Assembly: GCA_043742725.1 (NCBI GenBank)
Contig: JAYTXX010000097.1
Span: 1-60,846, forward strand
DNA length: 60,846 bases
Reading direction: 5' to 3'
Source of the DNA: Bacteroidota bacterium
Lineage (GTDB): Bacteria > Bacteroidota > Bacteroidia > 2-12-FULL-35-15
In this document: one piece after another, positions 37,813 to 46,548 of the stretch
Numbering within the stretch: position 1 is the stretch's first letter
Layout: each line of letters starts with the position of its first letter
Program-made: the position numbers and the translations under genes
Notes under the pieces: generated by a model
Seen by the model: only the letters and a program-made list of their open reading frames with translations
Databases searched by the model: none
Told to the model about the DNA's origin: nothing

Positions 37813-39123
37813 TTATGCTAAAATTTTGTAAAATGTTTCAATCATATAATCAATCATTTCATCATTAATCATTGGTGTTACACCAATCCAAAAAGTTTGA
37901 TGAAGTATAATTTCGGTGTTGGGCAATTCGCCAACTACACGATACGGATAATTTTTAAAATAAGGTTGTTTGCGTATATCTGCTGCAAATAACAAACGTG
38001 TTGCAATTTTATTTTTTGTGAGTTCTGCTATCAAGTGATTTCTTGTTATACCTGCATCTGGTTTTATTGTAATTAAAAATCCAAACCACGAAGGATTAGC
38101 ATTTGCAGTAGCTTCGGGCAATATTAATTTATGTTGCAAATCTTTTAATCCATTTTTCAATCTATCAAAATTATGCCTTCTGATGCGAACGAATTCATCC
38201 AACTTTTCTAATTGTGCTAAACCTAAAGCAGCTTGCATATCAGTAATTTTTAAATTAAATCCAAGTCGAGAATAAATATATTTATGGTCGTAGCCAAAAG
38301 GTAAGCTTCCTAATTGCCATTCAAAACGCTTTGCGCAGGTATTGTCTTTTCCTGGTTCGCACCAACAGTCTCTTCCCCAATCACGAAAGGATTCCATAAT
38401 TTTTTTCAATTTAGAATTGCTTGTAAACACTGCTCCTCCTTCGCCCATTGTGATGTGATGCGCTGGATAAAAACTCAATGTAGCAATATCTCCAAAAGTG
38501 CCAACATGTTTGTTATTATAAGTTGCACCAAGTGCATCGCAACAATCTTCAATCAACCATAGATTATATTTTTTTGCAATGCGCGAAATTTCTTCCACTT
38601 GAAAAACATTGCCTAAAGTGTGTGCAATTACAATTGCTTTTGTTTTAGGACCAATTGCTTCTTCCAAACGTGTGATGTCAATTTCATAAGTAGGAATTTC
38701 TACATCTAAAAAAACAGGAATTAAGCCGTAAGTTAATAATGGATTTATGGTAGTTGGAAATGAAACGGCAACAGTTATAAATTCATCTCCAGCTTTCAAT
38801 GCACGTTCTCCAAGCTCTTCAGCAGTAAGTGTTGCAGCTGCAATCAAATTTGCTGATGAACCAGAATTTACAGTGATTAGATTTTTTATTCCAATATATT
38901 TTGCAAGCTTTTTTTCAAATTCGGTATTAAATCTTCCTGTTGTGAAAACGCCATCCAATGCGGCTTCTGTCATTAATTGCAATTCTTTTTCATCAAATAC
39001 TTTTCCACTCACTGGAACATTTGATTCGCCTGCAACAAATTTTTTATTTGCAAACACTTCATCGTGATATTGTTTGATGAGTGAAAAAATTTCTTTTTTT
39101 ATATGTTCTGCTTTTGAGTGCAT
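37813..39123 (-). CDS. rfbH: CDP-6-deoxy-L-threo-D-glycero-4-hexulose-3-dehydrase (E1; RfbH/DdhC)
   Basis: 436 aa DegT-fold protein. His replaces the PLP lysine (SFYPAHHITMGEGG). It carries the E1 iron-sulfur motif C-x57-C-x1-C-x7-C (C195...C253-W-C255-EPGKDNT-C263; nt 38335-38367 for the CxCx7C part). Confidence 0.85.
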   Translation of the reverse strand: MHSKAEHIKKEIFSLIKQYHDEVFANKKFVAGESNVPVSGKVFDEKELQLMTEAALDGVFTTGRFNTEFEKKLAKYIGIKNLITVNSGSSANLIAAATLTAEELGERALKAGDEFITVAVSFPTTINPLLTYGLIPVFLDVEIPTYEIDITRLEEAIGPKTKAIVIAHTLGNVFQVEEISRIAKKYNLWLIEDCCDALGATYNNKHVGTFGDIATLSFYPAHHITMGEGGAVFTSNSKLKKIMESFRDWGRDCWCEPGKDNTCAKRFEWQLGSLPFGYDHKYIYSRLGFNLKITDMQAALGLAQLEKLDEFVRIRRHNFDRLKNGLKDLQHKLILPEATANANPSWFGFLITIKPDAGITRNHLIAELTKNKIATRLLFAADIRKQPYFKNYPYRVVGELPNTEIILHQTFWIGVTPMINDEMIDYMIETFYKILA

Positions 39124-39128
39124 AAAAT

Positions 39129-40190
39129 TTAAAACTTTGATGTGTAATTTTTTATTTGATTTATTCTTTCTTGATAAAGATTTGCTGATGTTTTTTCTGC
39201 AATGTATCCTTCAATTGTATATTTAATGGTTTCGTCAAAAGTTAGTAATGGTCGCCAATTGAGTTGTGTTAATGCTTTTGAAATATCCAATTTTAATAAT
39301 GTTGCTTCGTGTGGTTTATTTAAACTTTCATCAGGTTTATATTTTAAATTTGGAATTGTATTTTGAATATGATTAACCACATCTCCAACACTATAATCCT
39401 TTTCAGAAATGGGTCCAAAATTCCAACCTCCAGAAAATGATTTTCCTTTTTGAGCCAATGTTTCAGCAAGTTTTAAATAACCAAAAAGTGGCTCTAACAC
39501 AAATTGCCAAGGTCGTGTGGCATTTGGATTTCTAATAACTACATCATTGTTAGAAAAATATGCTCTAAAAATATCAGGAATAATGCGGTTTTCAGCCCAA
39601 TCGCCACCACCAATCACATTTCCTGCTCTGCCAGATGCAACAACACATTCGCTTGTTTGAAAAAATGATTTTATATATGATTGTGTAATTAATTCGGAAC
39701 AACCTTTTGATGCGCTGTAAGGGTCATTTCCACCCATTGCATCTTCTTCTTTATAACCACGAGCCCATTCATTGTTTTGATAACATTTATCACTTGTAAT
39801 GTTCAGTGCAATTTTCACGGAAGATGTTTGACGAACAGCTTCAAAAAAATTTACTGTTCCCATAATATTCGTTTCAAAAGTTTCAGCGGGATTGCTGTAC
39901 GACTCTAAAACCAAAGGTTGTGCGGCAAGATGAAAAGCAATATCGGGTTGTACTTTTTGAAAATATTTTTTTAATGTTTCAGCATCTCTCACATCAGCGT
40001 CAATGTGTTTACTTTTTTTTGCAAGATTGGTTTTTACAAAATTATCTTCATTGGTTTTTGGAGGCAGAGCATATCCATATACATCTGCACCAAGCTCTGT
40101 GAGCCATATACAAAGCCACGAGCCTTTAAATCCAGTATCGCCAGTTACCAGAATTTTTTTCCCTTTATAAAATTGATTGAATAAATCCAT
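39129..40190 (-). CDS. rfbG: CDP-glucose 4,6-dehydratase
   Basis: KILVTGDTGFKGSWL Rossmann motif and PYSASKGCSE (YxxxK). Start chosen at M16 (40190), 9 nt after the rfbF stop. The longer ORF reaches 40235, so the start is uncertain. Confidence 0.85.
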   Translation of the reverse strand: MDLFNQFYKGKKILVTGDTGFKGSWLCIWLTELGADVYGYALPPKTNEDNFVKTNLAKKSKHIDADVRDAETLKKYFQKVQPDIAFHLAAQPLVLESYSNPAETFETNIMGTVNFFEAVRQTSSVKIALNITSDKCYQNNEWARGYKEEDAMGGNDPYSASKGCSELITQSYIKSFFQTSECVVASGRAGNVIGGGDWAENRIIPDIFRAYFSNNDVVIRNPNATRPWQFVLEPLFGYLKLAETLAQKGKSFSGGWNFGPISEKDYSVGDVVNHIQNTIPNLKYKPDESLNKPHEATLLKLDISKALTQLNWRPLLTFDETIKYTIEGYIAEKTSANLYQERINQIKNYTSKF

Positions 40191-40198
40191 ACTGTTTT

Positions 40199-40969
40199 TT
40201 ACCAAACTTTCCATTCTGCTTTTCCTGCGTTCCAAAGCTCATTCAAGTCCATTTTATCTTTTAATGTATCCATTGGTTTCCAAAAACCTTCGTGCTTAAA
40301 TGCAACAAGTTGTCCTTCAGCAGCAATTTTTTCTAATGGTGTTCGTTCCCAAATGGTATCATCTCCTTCAATGTAATCAAACACTTTAGGCTCACACACA
40401 AAGAATCCACCGTTTATCCAATTGCCATCTCCTTTCGGTTTTTCTTTAAAATGTTCTACTTGCATAGTGTCGTTAATTTGTAAAGCACCAAATTTTCCTG
40501 TGGTTTGAATTGCAGTAACCGTAAGCATTTTCTTATTTGCATTATGAAAATCCAATAGCGCTTTGATATTTACATTTGAAACACCATCGCCATAAGTAAG
40601 AAAAAATTTTTCATTGTTTACATATTTTTTTATGCGTTTGATTCGCCCACCAGTCAATGTATCGGTGCCTGTATCAACCAATGTAATTTTCCAATTTTCT
40701 GCAGCAGTATTATGTATTTCTAATTTATTATTTTTCAAATCAATGGTTACATCGGATTGGTGTAAAAAATAATTTGCAAAATATTCTTTCACCAAATAGC
40801 CTTTGTAACCTAGACAAATCACAAATTCATTAAATCCATAATGCGCATAAATATTCATAATATGCCACAGAATTGGTTTTCCACCAATTTCAACCATTGG
40901 TTTTGGACGAATATCAGTTTCTTCGGATAAACGTGTTCCTAAACCACCAGCAAGAATTACTACTTTCAT
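40199..40969 (-). CDS. rfbF: Glucose-1-phosphate cytidylyltransferase
   Basis: 256 aa. MKVVILAGGLGTRLSEETDIRPKPMVEIGGKPILWHIM is the hallmark N-terminus of RfbF/DdhA. Confidence 0.9.
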   Translation of the reverse strand: MKVVILAGGLGTRLSEETDIRPKPMVEIGGKPILWHIMNIYAHYGFNEFVICLGYKGYLVKEYFANYFLHQSDVTIDLKNNKLEIHNTAAENWKITLVDTGTDTLTGGRIKRIKKYVNNEKFFLTYGDGVSNVNIKALLDFHNANKKMLTVTAIQTTGKFGALQINDTMQVEHFKEKPKGDGNWINGGFFVCEPKVFDYIEGDDTIWERTPLEKIAAEGQLVAFKHEGFWKPMDTLKDKMDLNELWNAGKAEWKVW

Positions 40970-41089
40970 AGATAAATAATTTTAAATTTTTTTGATGCAA
41001 TTATTACTTAATTACAGAGCCAACGAATTTATAAAATAGTTTTGAATAAAGTGGGTTTGAATGAAGAAAAGCGCATCTCTTATTTTTAT

Positions 41090-41097
41090 TAACTTTG
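41090..41097 (+). promoter_or_regulatory. Candidate -7 promoter box (TAnnTTTG)
   Basis: taactttg lies 27 nt upstream of the ATG at 41124. It falls inside the longer ORF version that starts at 41061, which argues for the downstream start. Confidence 0.3.
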
Positions 41098-41123
41098 CTC
41101 GAAACAAATCAATTTATTTATTG

Positions 41124-42929
41124 ATGGTCGCAAAAAATAAAAAAACAAATTCAAAAGCAACTACATTGCAATCGTCAAACGCTTTTTACAAGCCATTGTT
41201 GGCGGTTTTAATTATTACACTTTTAGTTTTTGCAAATTCGTTTGCACCCAATTTTGTTCAGCTGGACGACCCAGCTTACATCACCGATAATCCTTTTATA
41301 AAATCACTTTCATTGCATAGTATTGCAACTATTTTTACATCGTTTTATAATGCAAATTATCATCCACTAACAACGCTTTCTTATGCCATAGAATTTAAAC
41401 TTTTTGGATTGAAAGCAACAGGTTATCATTTTACAAATATTCTTATTCATCTTATTAATACGTCATTGGTTTTTTTATTGATTTTTAAAATATCAAAACG
41501 TAAAGAAATTGCAATTATTTGTGCTCTGTTTTTTGGAATTCATCCAATGCATGTAGAGTCAGTAGCTTGGATTTCGGAGCGAAAAGATTTGTTGTACGGA
41601 ATGTTTTATCTCGCAGCATTGTATTATTATTACGAATATATTCAAAATGAAACAAGAAAAAATTTCTTATTTGTTCTTTTATTTTTCACACTTTCTCTTT
41701 TATCAAAATCGGCTGCTATTACTTTGCCATTAGTACTTTGTGCTTTCGATTTTTATTTTAAAAGAGGATTAAACAAAAAAATAATTCTCGAAAAAATTCC
41801 ATTTTTTGCATTGTCATTATTGTTTAGTATAATTACAATTATGTCTCAAAAGTCAGCAGGAGCAATAAATGCAGACTTGATGCCTAAATATTCTTTGATT
41901 GAACGATTTTTTGTTGCAAGTTATGCTGGAAGTTATTATTTGTGGAAATTATTTTTGCCAACATCTTTATCAGCATTGCATTATGCACCAAAATATATTC
42001 CAAGCTATTATTATGCAATGCCTTTATTGTTGGGTTCAATTGCTTTGTTTGTATGGAAAGCAAAAGTATTACAAAGAGAAATTATTTTTGGAATTTTATT
42101 TTACTTTTTTGCAATTTGTCTTACAATTCAAATTATCCCTGTTGGTTATGCAATTGTTTCGGAGCGTTATTCTTATATACCTTACATCGGTTTATTTTTT
42201 ATTCTTGGACATTTTTATGTGGCTGTTGTGGAAGGAAAAATTGCGTGGGCAAAAAATTTAAAACCTTATATAAATTACGTTTTTGTTGCATTTGCAATTT
42301 ATTTTTTCGCAACTACTTTTATGAGAAATAAAATTTGGAAAGACAGCATAACATTGTTTTCCGACATTACTCAAAAATATCCAGAAGTAGCAAACGCACA
42401 TTTTTCTGTAGGTAAAAATTTGTTTGACGCGAGAGATATTAATGGAGCATTAACCTCTTTTAATAAAGCATTAGAACTGGATTCAACATATACTGATGTT
42501 TATTTCTATAGAGGCAATTTGTATTTTGACCAAAAAAATTATGAAGCAGCAGCAAACGATTATAAAACTGCAATTGCTCTAAAACCAAAGTATCCAGAAG
42601 CAATTTATAATTTGGGCGTTGCTTATATGTCGTTAGGAAATAATCAAGAATCGGTAAATACAATTACAAAATGTATTGAGATGAGTCCTAATGAATTTAT
42701 GTATCAATCGCGAGCAACAGCAAATTTTAATTTAAAAAAATATAAAGAAGCAATTGATGATTACACGTTTGCATTAAAACTAAATCCGAAATTAGCCGAA
42801 TCATTTTTTAATAGAGGTGTTTGCTATTTTTACCTCACGCAACAAAGCAATGCTTGTAATGATTGGAAACAAGCATCAATACTTGGATTTGCAAAAGCAA
42901 ATGAATTGATTGGGGCGTATTGTAAATAA
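41124..42929 (+). CDS. TMTC-like GT-C membrane glycosyltransferase with C-terminal TPR repeats
   Basis: About 10 TM segments. DUF1736-like motif FFGIHPMHVESVAWISERKDLLY. The C-terminal 200 aa are TPR repeats. An alternative start lies at 41061. Confidence 0.55.
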   Translation: MVAKNKKTNSKATTLQSSNAFYKPLLAVLIITLLVFANSFAPNFVQLDDPAYITDNPFIKSLSLHSIATIFTSFYNANYHPLTTLSYAIEFKLFGLKATGYHFTNILIHLINTSLVFLLIFKISKRKEIAIICALFFGIHPMHVESVAWISERKDLLYGMFYLAALYYYYEYIQNETRKNFLFVLLFFTLSLLSKSAAITLPLVLCAFDFYFKRGLNKKIILEKIPFFALSLLFSIITIMSQKSAGAINADLMPKYSLIERFFVASYAGSYYLWKLFLPTSLSALHYAPKYIPSYYYAMPLLLGSIALFVWKAKVLQREIIFGILFYFFAICLTIQIIPVGYAIVSERYSYIPYIGLFFILGHFYVAVVEGKIAWAKNLKPYINYVFVAFAIYFFATTFMRNKIWKDSITLFSDITQKYPEVANAHFSVGKNLFDARDINGALTSFNKALELDSTYTDVYFYRGNLYFDQKNYEAAANDYKTAIALKPKYPEAIYNLGVAYMSLGNNQESVNTITKCIEMSPNEFMYQSRATANFNLKKYKEAIDDYTFALKLNPKLAESFFNRGVCYFYLTQQSNACNDWKQASILGFAKANELIGAYCK

Positions 42930-42998
42930 AATAATACTATTTTCAATTTTCTTTTCAAACCGAATTCTGTCAAATCGTCTTCATTCCATTATTAGTAT

Positions 42999-43006
42999 TA
43001 TTTTTG
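42999..43006 (+). promoter_or_regulatory. Candidate -7 promoter box (TAnnTTTG) for mutL
   Basis: tatttttg lies 17 nt upstream of the ATG at 43023. This is a motif match only. Confidence 0.25.
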
Positions 43007-43022
43007 CAAGGAGAAAATTGTT

Positions 43023-44867
43023 ATGTCAGATATAATTCAACTTTTACCCGATTCTGTTGCCAATCAAATTGCCGCAGGTGAAGTAGTTCAACGTCCTGCT
43101 TCTGCTGTAAAAGAGTTGATGGAAAATGCATTGGATGCGGGTGCTACTTCCATAAAGTTGATTGTGAAAGATGCTGGAAAAACCTTGATTCAAATAATTG
43201 ACAATGGTTGCGGAATGAGCGAAACCGATGCTCGTATGAGTTTTGAACGACACGCAACTTCTAAAATTCGCAAAGCCGAAGATTTGTTTGCAATACGCAC
43301 AATGGGTTTTAGAGGTGAAGCACTTGCATCTATTGCTGCTATTGCTCAAGTGGAGTTAAAAACAAAACGTATTGGCGATGAAATTGGAGTAGTAATTGAA
43401 ATAGAAGGAAGTGAATTAAAATTACAAGAAGCTTGTAATTCGCCAGAAGGAACAAGCATTTCGGTAAAAAATTTATTTTACAATGTTCCTGCTCGTAGAA
43501 ATTTTTTAAAAACCGATTCTGTTGAATTGCGCCATATCATTGATGAATTTCAACGAGTAGCAATTCCAAATCCTCATATTGCATTTACATTGCATCACAA
43601 TTCTACCGAAATTTTTAATCTTCCAATCGGTAATTTAAAACAGCGATTGATGGCAGTTTTTGGAAGTTCATACAACACACGTTTGGTTCCTGTGGAAGAA
43701 AATACAGACATTGTTAAAATTAAAGGATTTGTTATAAAGCCCGAATTTGCTAAAAAAACACGTGGTGAACAATTTTTCTTTTTGAATAATCGTTTTATCA
43801 AAAATGCGTATTTGCATCACGCAGTTCAATCAGCATTTGAACAATTATTGCCTCACGATAGTTTTGCTTCCTACTTTTTATTATTGGATGTAAATCCTAA
43901 AACCATTGATATTAATATACATCCAACAAAAACGGAAGTGAAATTTGAAGACGAAAAAGCCATTTATGCTTTTTTGCGTTCAACCGTAAAAAAATCGTTG
44001 GGACAATTCAACATTGCTCCCAGCTTGGATTTTGACCAAGAGGCGCACCTTTACAATATGCCTTTGAAACCAGTTGATGGAATTTATAAACAACCAACTA
44101 TAAAAGTTGATCCAAATTTTAATCCATTTAAAACAGATAGTGTTTCAAGTGTAAAAACTTCAGAAAGAGAATTATCCAATCGTGCAAATTGGGAAAAGAT
44201 GTATAGCCGCCATGCAGATAATCAAATGGAGTTTGAAATAAAAAAAGAAGATACGCAACACTCCGTAAGTGCTGATTGGGACAATGAATTACACGAAAGC
44301 AATAAAAAAAATACATATCAATTACATAACACGTATATTTTGTCGCACATCAAAACTGGTTTTATGGTAATTGACCAACAAGGTGCACACGAACGTATTT
44401 TGTACGAACGCATTTTGGAAAGTTTTGAAAAAAATAAATCGGCAACACAGCAAGAATTATTTCCTAAAACAATTGAACTAAATTCCAGCGATTTTGCTTT
44501 GGTAAAAGAATTGGAAAACGAAATAAAAATAATGGGATTTGATATCAGTGAATTTGGTAAAAATACATTTGTTATTCACGGAGTTCCTGCCGATACTGTA
44601 GATTGTGATTCTTCAAAACTTTTGGAAGGTTTAATTGAAAATTACAAACAAAACTTATTGGAATTAAAGTCGAATAAAAGAGAAAATCTTGCTCGTTCAA
44701 TGGCAAAAAATATGGCAATAAAATCTGGAAAAATATTGAATCAAGAAGAAATGAATTTAATTATTGACGAATTGTTTGCTTGCAAAATGCCTTACAACAC
44801 ACCAAGTGGAAAGCCAACAATAACAACATTTTCAATAGATGATTTGAATAGAAGATTTAAGAAATAG
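43023..44867 (+). CDS. mutL: DNA mismatch repair protein MutL
   Basis: 614 aa. N-terminus IQLLPDSVANQIAAGEVVQRPASAVKELMENALDAGAT is the GHKL ATPase signature of MutL. Confidence 0.95.
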   Translation: MSDIIQLLPDSVANQIAAGEVVQRPASAVKELMENALDAGATSIKLIVKDAGKTLIQIIDNGCGMSETDARMSFERHATSKIRKAEDLFAIRTMGFRGEALASIAAIAQVELKTKRIGDEIGVVIEIEGSELKLQEACNSPEGTSISVKNLFYNVPARRNFLKTDSVELRHIIDEFQRVAIPNPHIAFTLHHNSTEIFNLPIGNLKQRLMAVFGSSYNTRLVPVEENTDIVKIKGFVIKPEFAKKTRGEQFFFLNNRFIKNAYLHHAVQSAFEQLLPHDSFASYFLLLDVNPKTIDINIHPTKTEVKFEDEKAIYAFLRSTVKKSLGQFNIAPSLDFDQEAHLYNMPLKPVDGIYKQPTIKVDPNFNPFKTDSVSSVKTSERELSNRANWEKMYSRHADNQMEFEIKKEDTQHSVSADWDNELHESNKKNTYQLHNTYILSHIKTGFMVIDQQGAHERILYERILESFEKNKSATQQELFPKTIELNSSDFALVKELENEIKIMGFDISEFGKNTFVIHGVPADTVDCDSSKLLEGLIENYKQNLLELKSNKRENLARSMAKNMAIKSGKILNQEEMNLIIDELFACKMPYNTPSGKPTITTFSIDDLNRRFKK

Positions 44868-44896
44868 AGAATTTCAGAATTGTAAAAAAATAAAAT

Positions 44897-45649
44897 ATGT
44901 CTTACGAACAATATCGCCCAAATAGTTTTAGTGTATTACCACTCGTTGTAAAAAATTTATTGATAATAAATGTGTTATTTTATTTAGCAACAGTAGTTTT
45001 TGAAACGCAATACAATATTGATTTATCAGATAGATTTGGACTTCATTATCCTTCATCCGATTCATTTATTCCATATCAAATTATCACTTACATGTTTATG
45101 CATGGAAGTTTTATGCACTTGTTCTTCAATATGTTTGCCTTATGGATGTTTGGAGGGCGATTAGAAAATTTATGGGGAAGTAAACGGTTTTTAATTTATT
45201 ACATGATTACTGGAATTGGTGCTGGGCTGGTGCAATTAGCCGTAGCCTATTTTAGATTAATGCCACTTTACGACCAAATTTCTCCTGAAGATTTGAATAT
45301 GGTAATGACAAGAGGTTCTGAAATTTTAAGAGAAGGGAAAAATTTTATTGACCCAGTTGCTGGCGGAATTAATGAATTGTTAAACAGCACAACCATTGGT
45401 GCATCAGGAGCTGTGTTTGGAATATTATTAGCGAGAGGCGTGTTGTACCCAAATGAAATACGTTATTTATATTTTGCAATTCCGATAAAAACAAAATGGT
45501 TGGTAATATCTTACGGCATTATAGAACTTTATGACGGCATTGCAAATAGTGCATCTGATAATGTAGCACATTTTGCACATCTTGGTGGAATGTTATTTGG
45601 TTTTATTTTAATTAAAATTTGGCAAAAAAGAAGCAGTAATTTTTATTAA
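44897..45649 (+). CDS. Rhomboid-family intramembrane serine protease
   Basis: 250 aa, polytopic. Has the HGSFMHLFFNM motif, the GASGAVFG catalytic serine box and a downstream AHLGG histidine. Confidence 0.85.
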   Translation: MSYEQYRPNSFSVLPLVVKNLLIINVLFYLATVVFETQYNIDLSDRFGLHYPSSDSFIPYQIITYMFMHGSFMHLFFNMFALWMFGGRLENLWGSKRFLIYYMITGIGAGLVQLAVAYFRLMPLYDQISPEDLNMVMTRGSEILREGKNFIDPVAGGINELLNSTTIGASGAVFGILLARGVLYPNEIRYLYFAIPIKTKWLVISYGIIELYDGIANSASDNVAHFAHLGGMLFGFILIKIWQKRSSNFY

Positions 45650-45651
45650 AA

Positions 45652-46545
45652 ATGGCGAATCAACTAATTGAAGACGTAAAATATAAATTTAAAAGTAGTA
45701 ATCCTGTTACACGTTTAATAGCAATTAATACTGCTATTTTTTTAATCATTAGTATTCTTCGAATTCTCGCTTTTGTTTTTCAAAACACTTTTATTTTAAG
45801 TTCAGTTATGGAAAATATTATGTTTCCATTGAGCTTGTATGGTTTAATTTATAAGCCTTGGACGCTTGTTACTTATATGTTTGCACACGAAGAATTGTTG
45901 CACCTATTTTGGAATATGATTTCACTTTATTGGTTCGGACAATTACTAATTGAATATACTTCGGCAAAAAAAATAATTCCACTTTACATTCTAGGAGGTA
46001 TTGCTGGCGCAATTTTTACGTTGTTATTATTTTTATTAATTCCAAGTTTACATTCCTATGTTGGAAGCCAATTAATTGGAGCATCGGCTGGAGTTACTGC
46101 TATTATTGTTGCTTCAGCAACTTTAATTCCCGAATACAAAATGAATTTTATGTTTATTGGTCCAGTAAAACTTTTGTATGTTGCTATTTTTGTTGTGTTC
46201 ATTGATGTGTTGAGCATAGCATCTTATTCCAATGTTGGTGGTAATCTTGCACATCTTGGTGGTGCATTGATGGGATATTTTTTTATTGTACAATACAAGA
46301 AAGGAAATGATTGGGCAAAGCCTATCAATATGTTTTTCGATTGGATTAATCGTATTTTTAAATTTTCGCATAAACCAAAAATGACAGTGGCATACAAACG
46401 AAAAATTTCGGACGAAGAATATAATTACAACAAAAAAGTGGAACAAAAAACAATAGATGAAATATTGGATAAAATTTCAAAATCGGGATACGAAAGTTTG
46501 AGTAAAGCAGAAAAAGAAATTTTATTTAAAGCAAGTAAAAAATAA
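45652..46545 (+). CDS. Rhomboid-family protein (second paralog, with a soluble C-terminal tail)
   Basis: 297 aa with HLFWNM, GASAGVTA and AHLGG motifs. Lies 2 nt after the previous stop. Confidence 0.8.
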   Translation: MANQLIEDVKYKFKSSNPVTRLIAINTAIFLIISILRILAFVFQNTFILSSVMENIMFPLSLYGLIYKPWTLVTYMFAHEELLHLFWNMISLYWFGQLLIEYTSAKKIIPLYILGGIAGAIFTLLLFLLIPSLHSYVGSQLIGASAGVTAIIVASATLIPEYKMNFMFIGPVKLLYVAIFVVFIDVLSIASYSNVGGNLAHLGGALMGYFFIVQYKKGNDWAKPINMFFDWINRIFKFSHKPKMTVAYKRKISDEEYNYNKKVEQKTIDEILDKISKSGYESLSKAEKEILFKASKK

Positions 46546-46548
46546 AGT

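Noticed and set aside
41899-42331. Two alternative-frame + strand ORFs (120 and 129 aa) within the TMTC-like gene
   Set aside because: They are out-of-frame overlaps in an AT-rich membrane-protein gene. The translations are Cys/Phe/Leu-rich nonsense, and the main frame is continuous with recognisable motifs.
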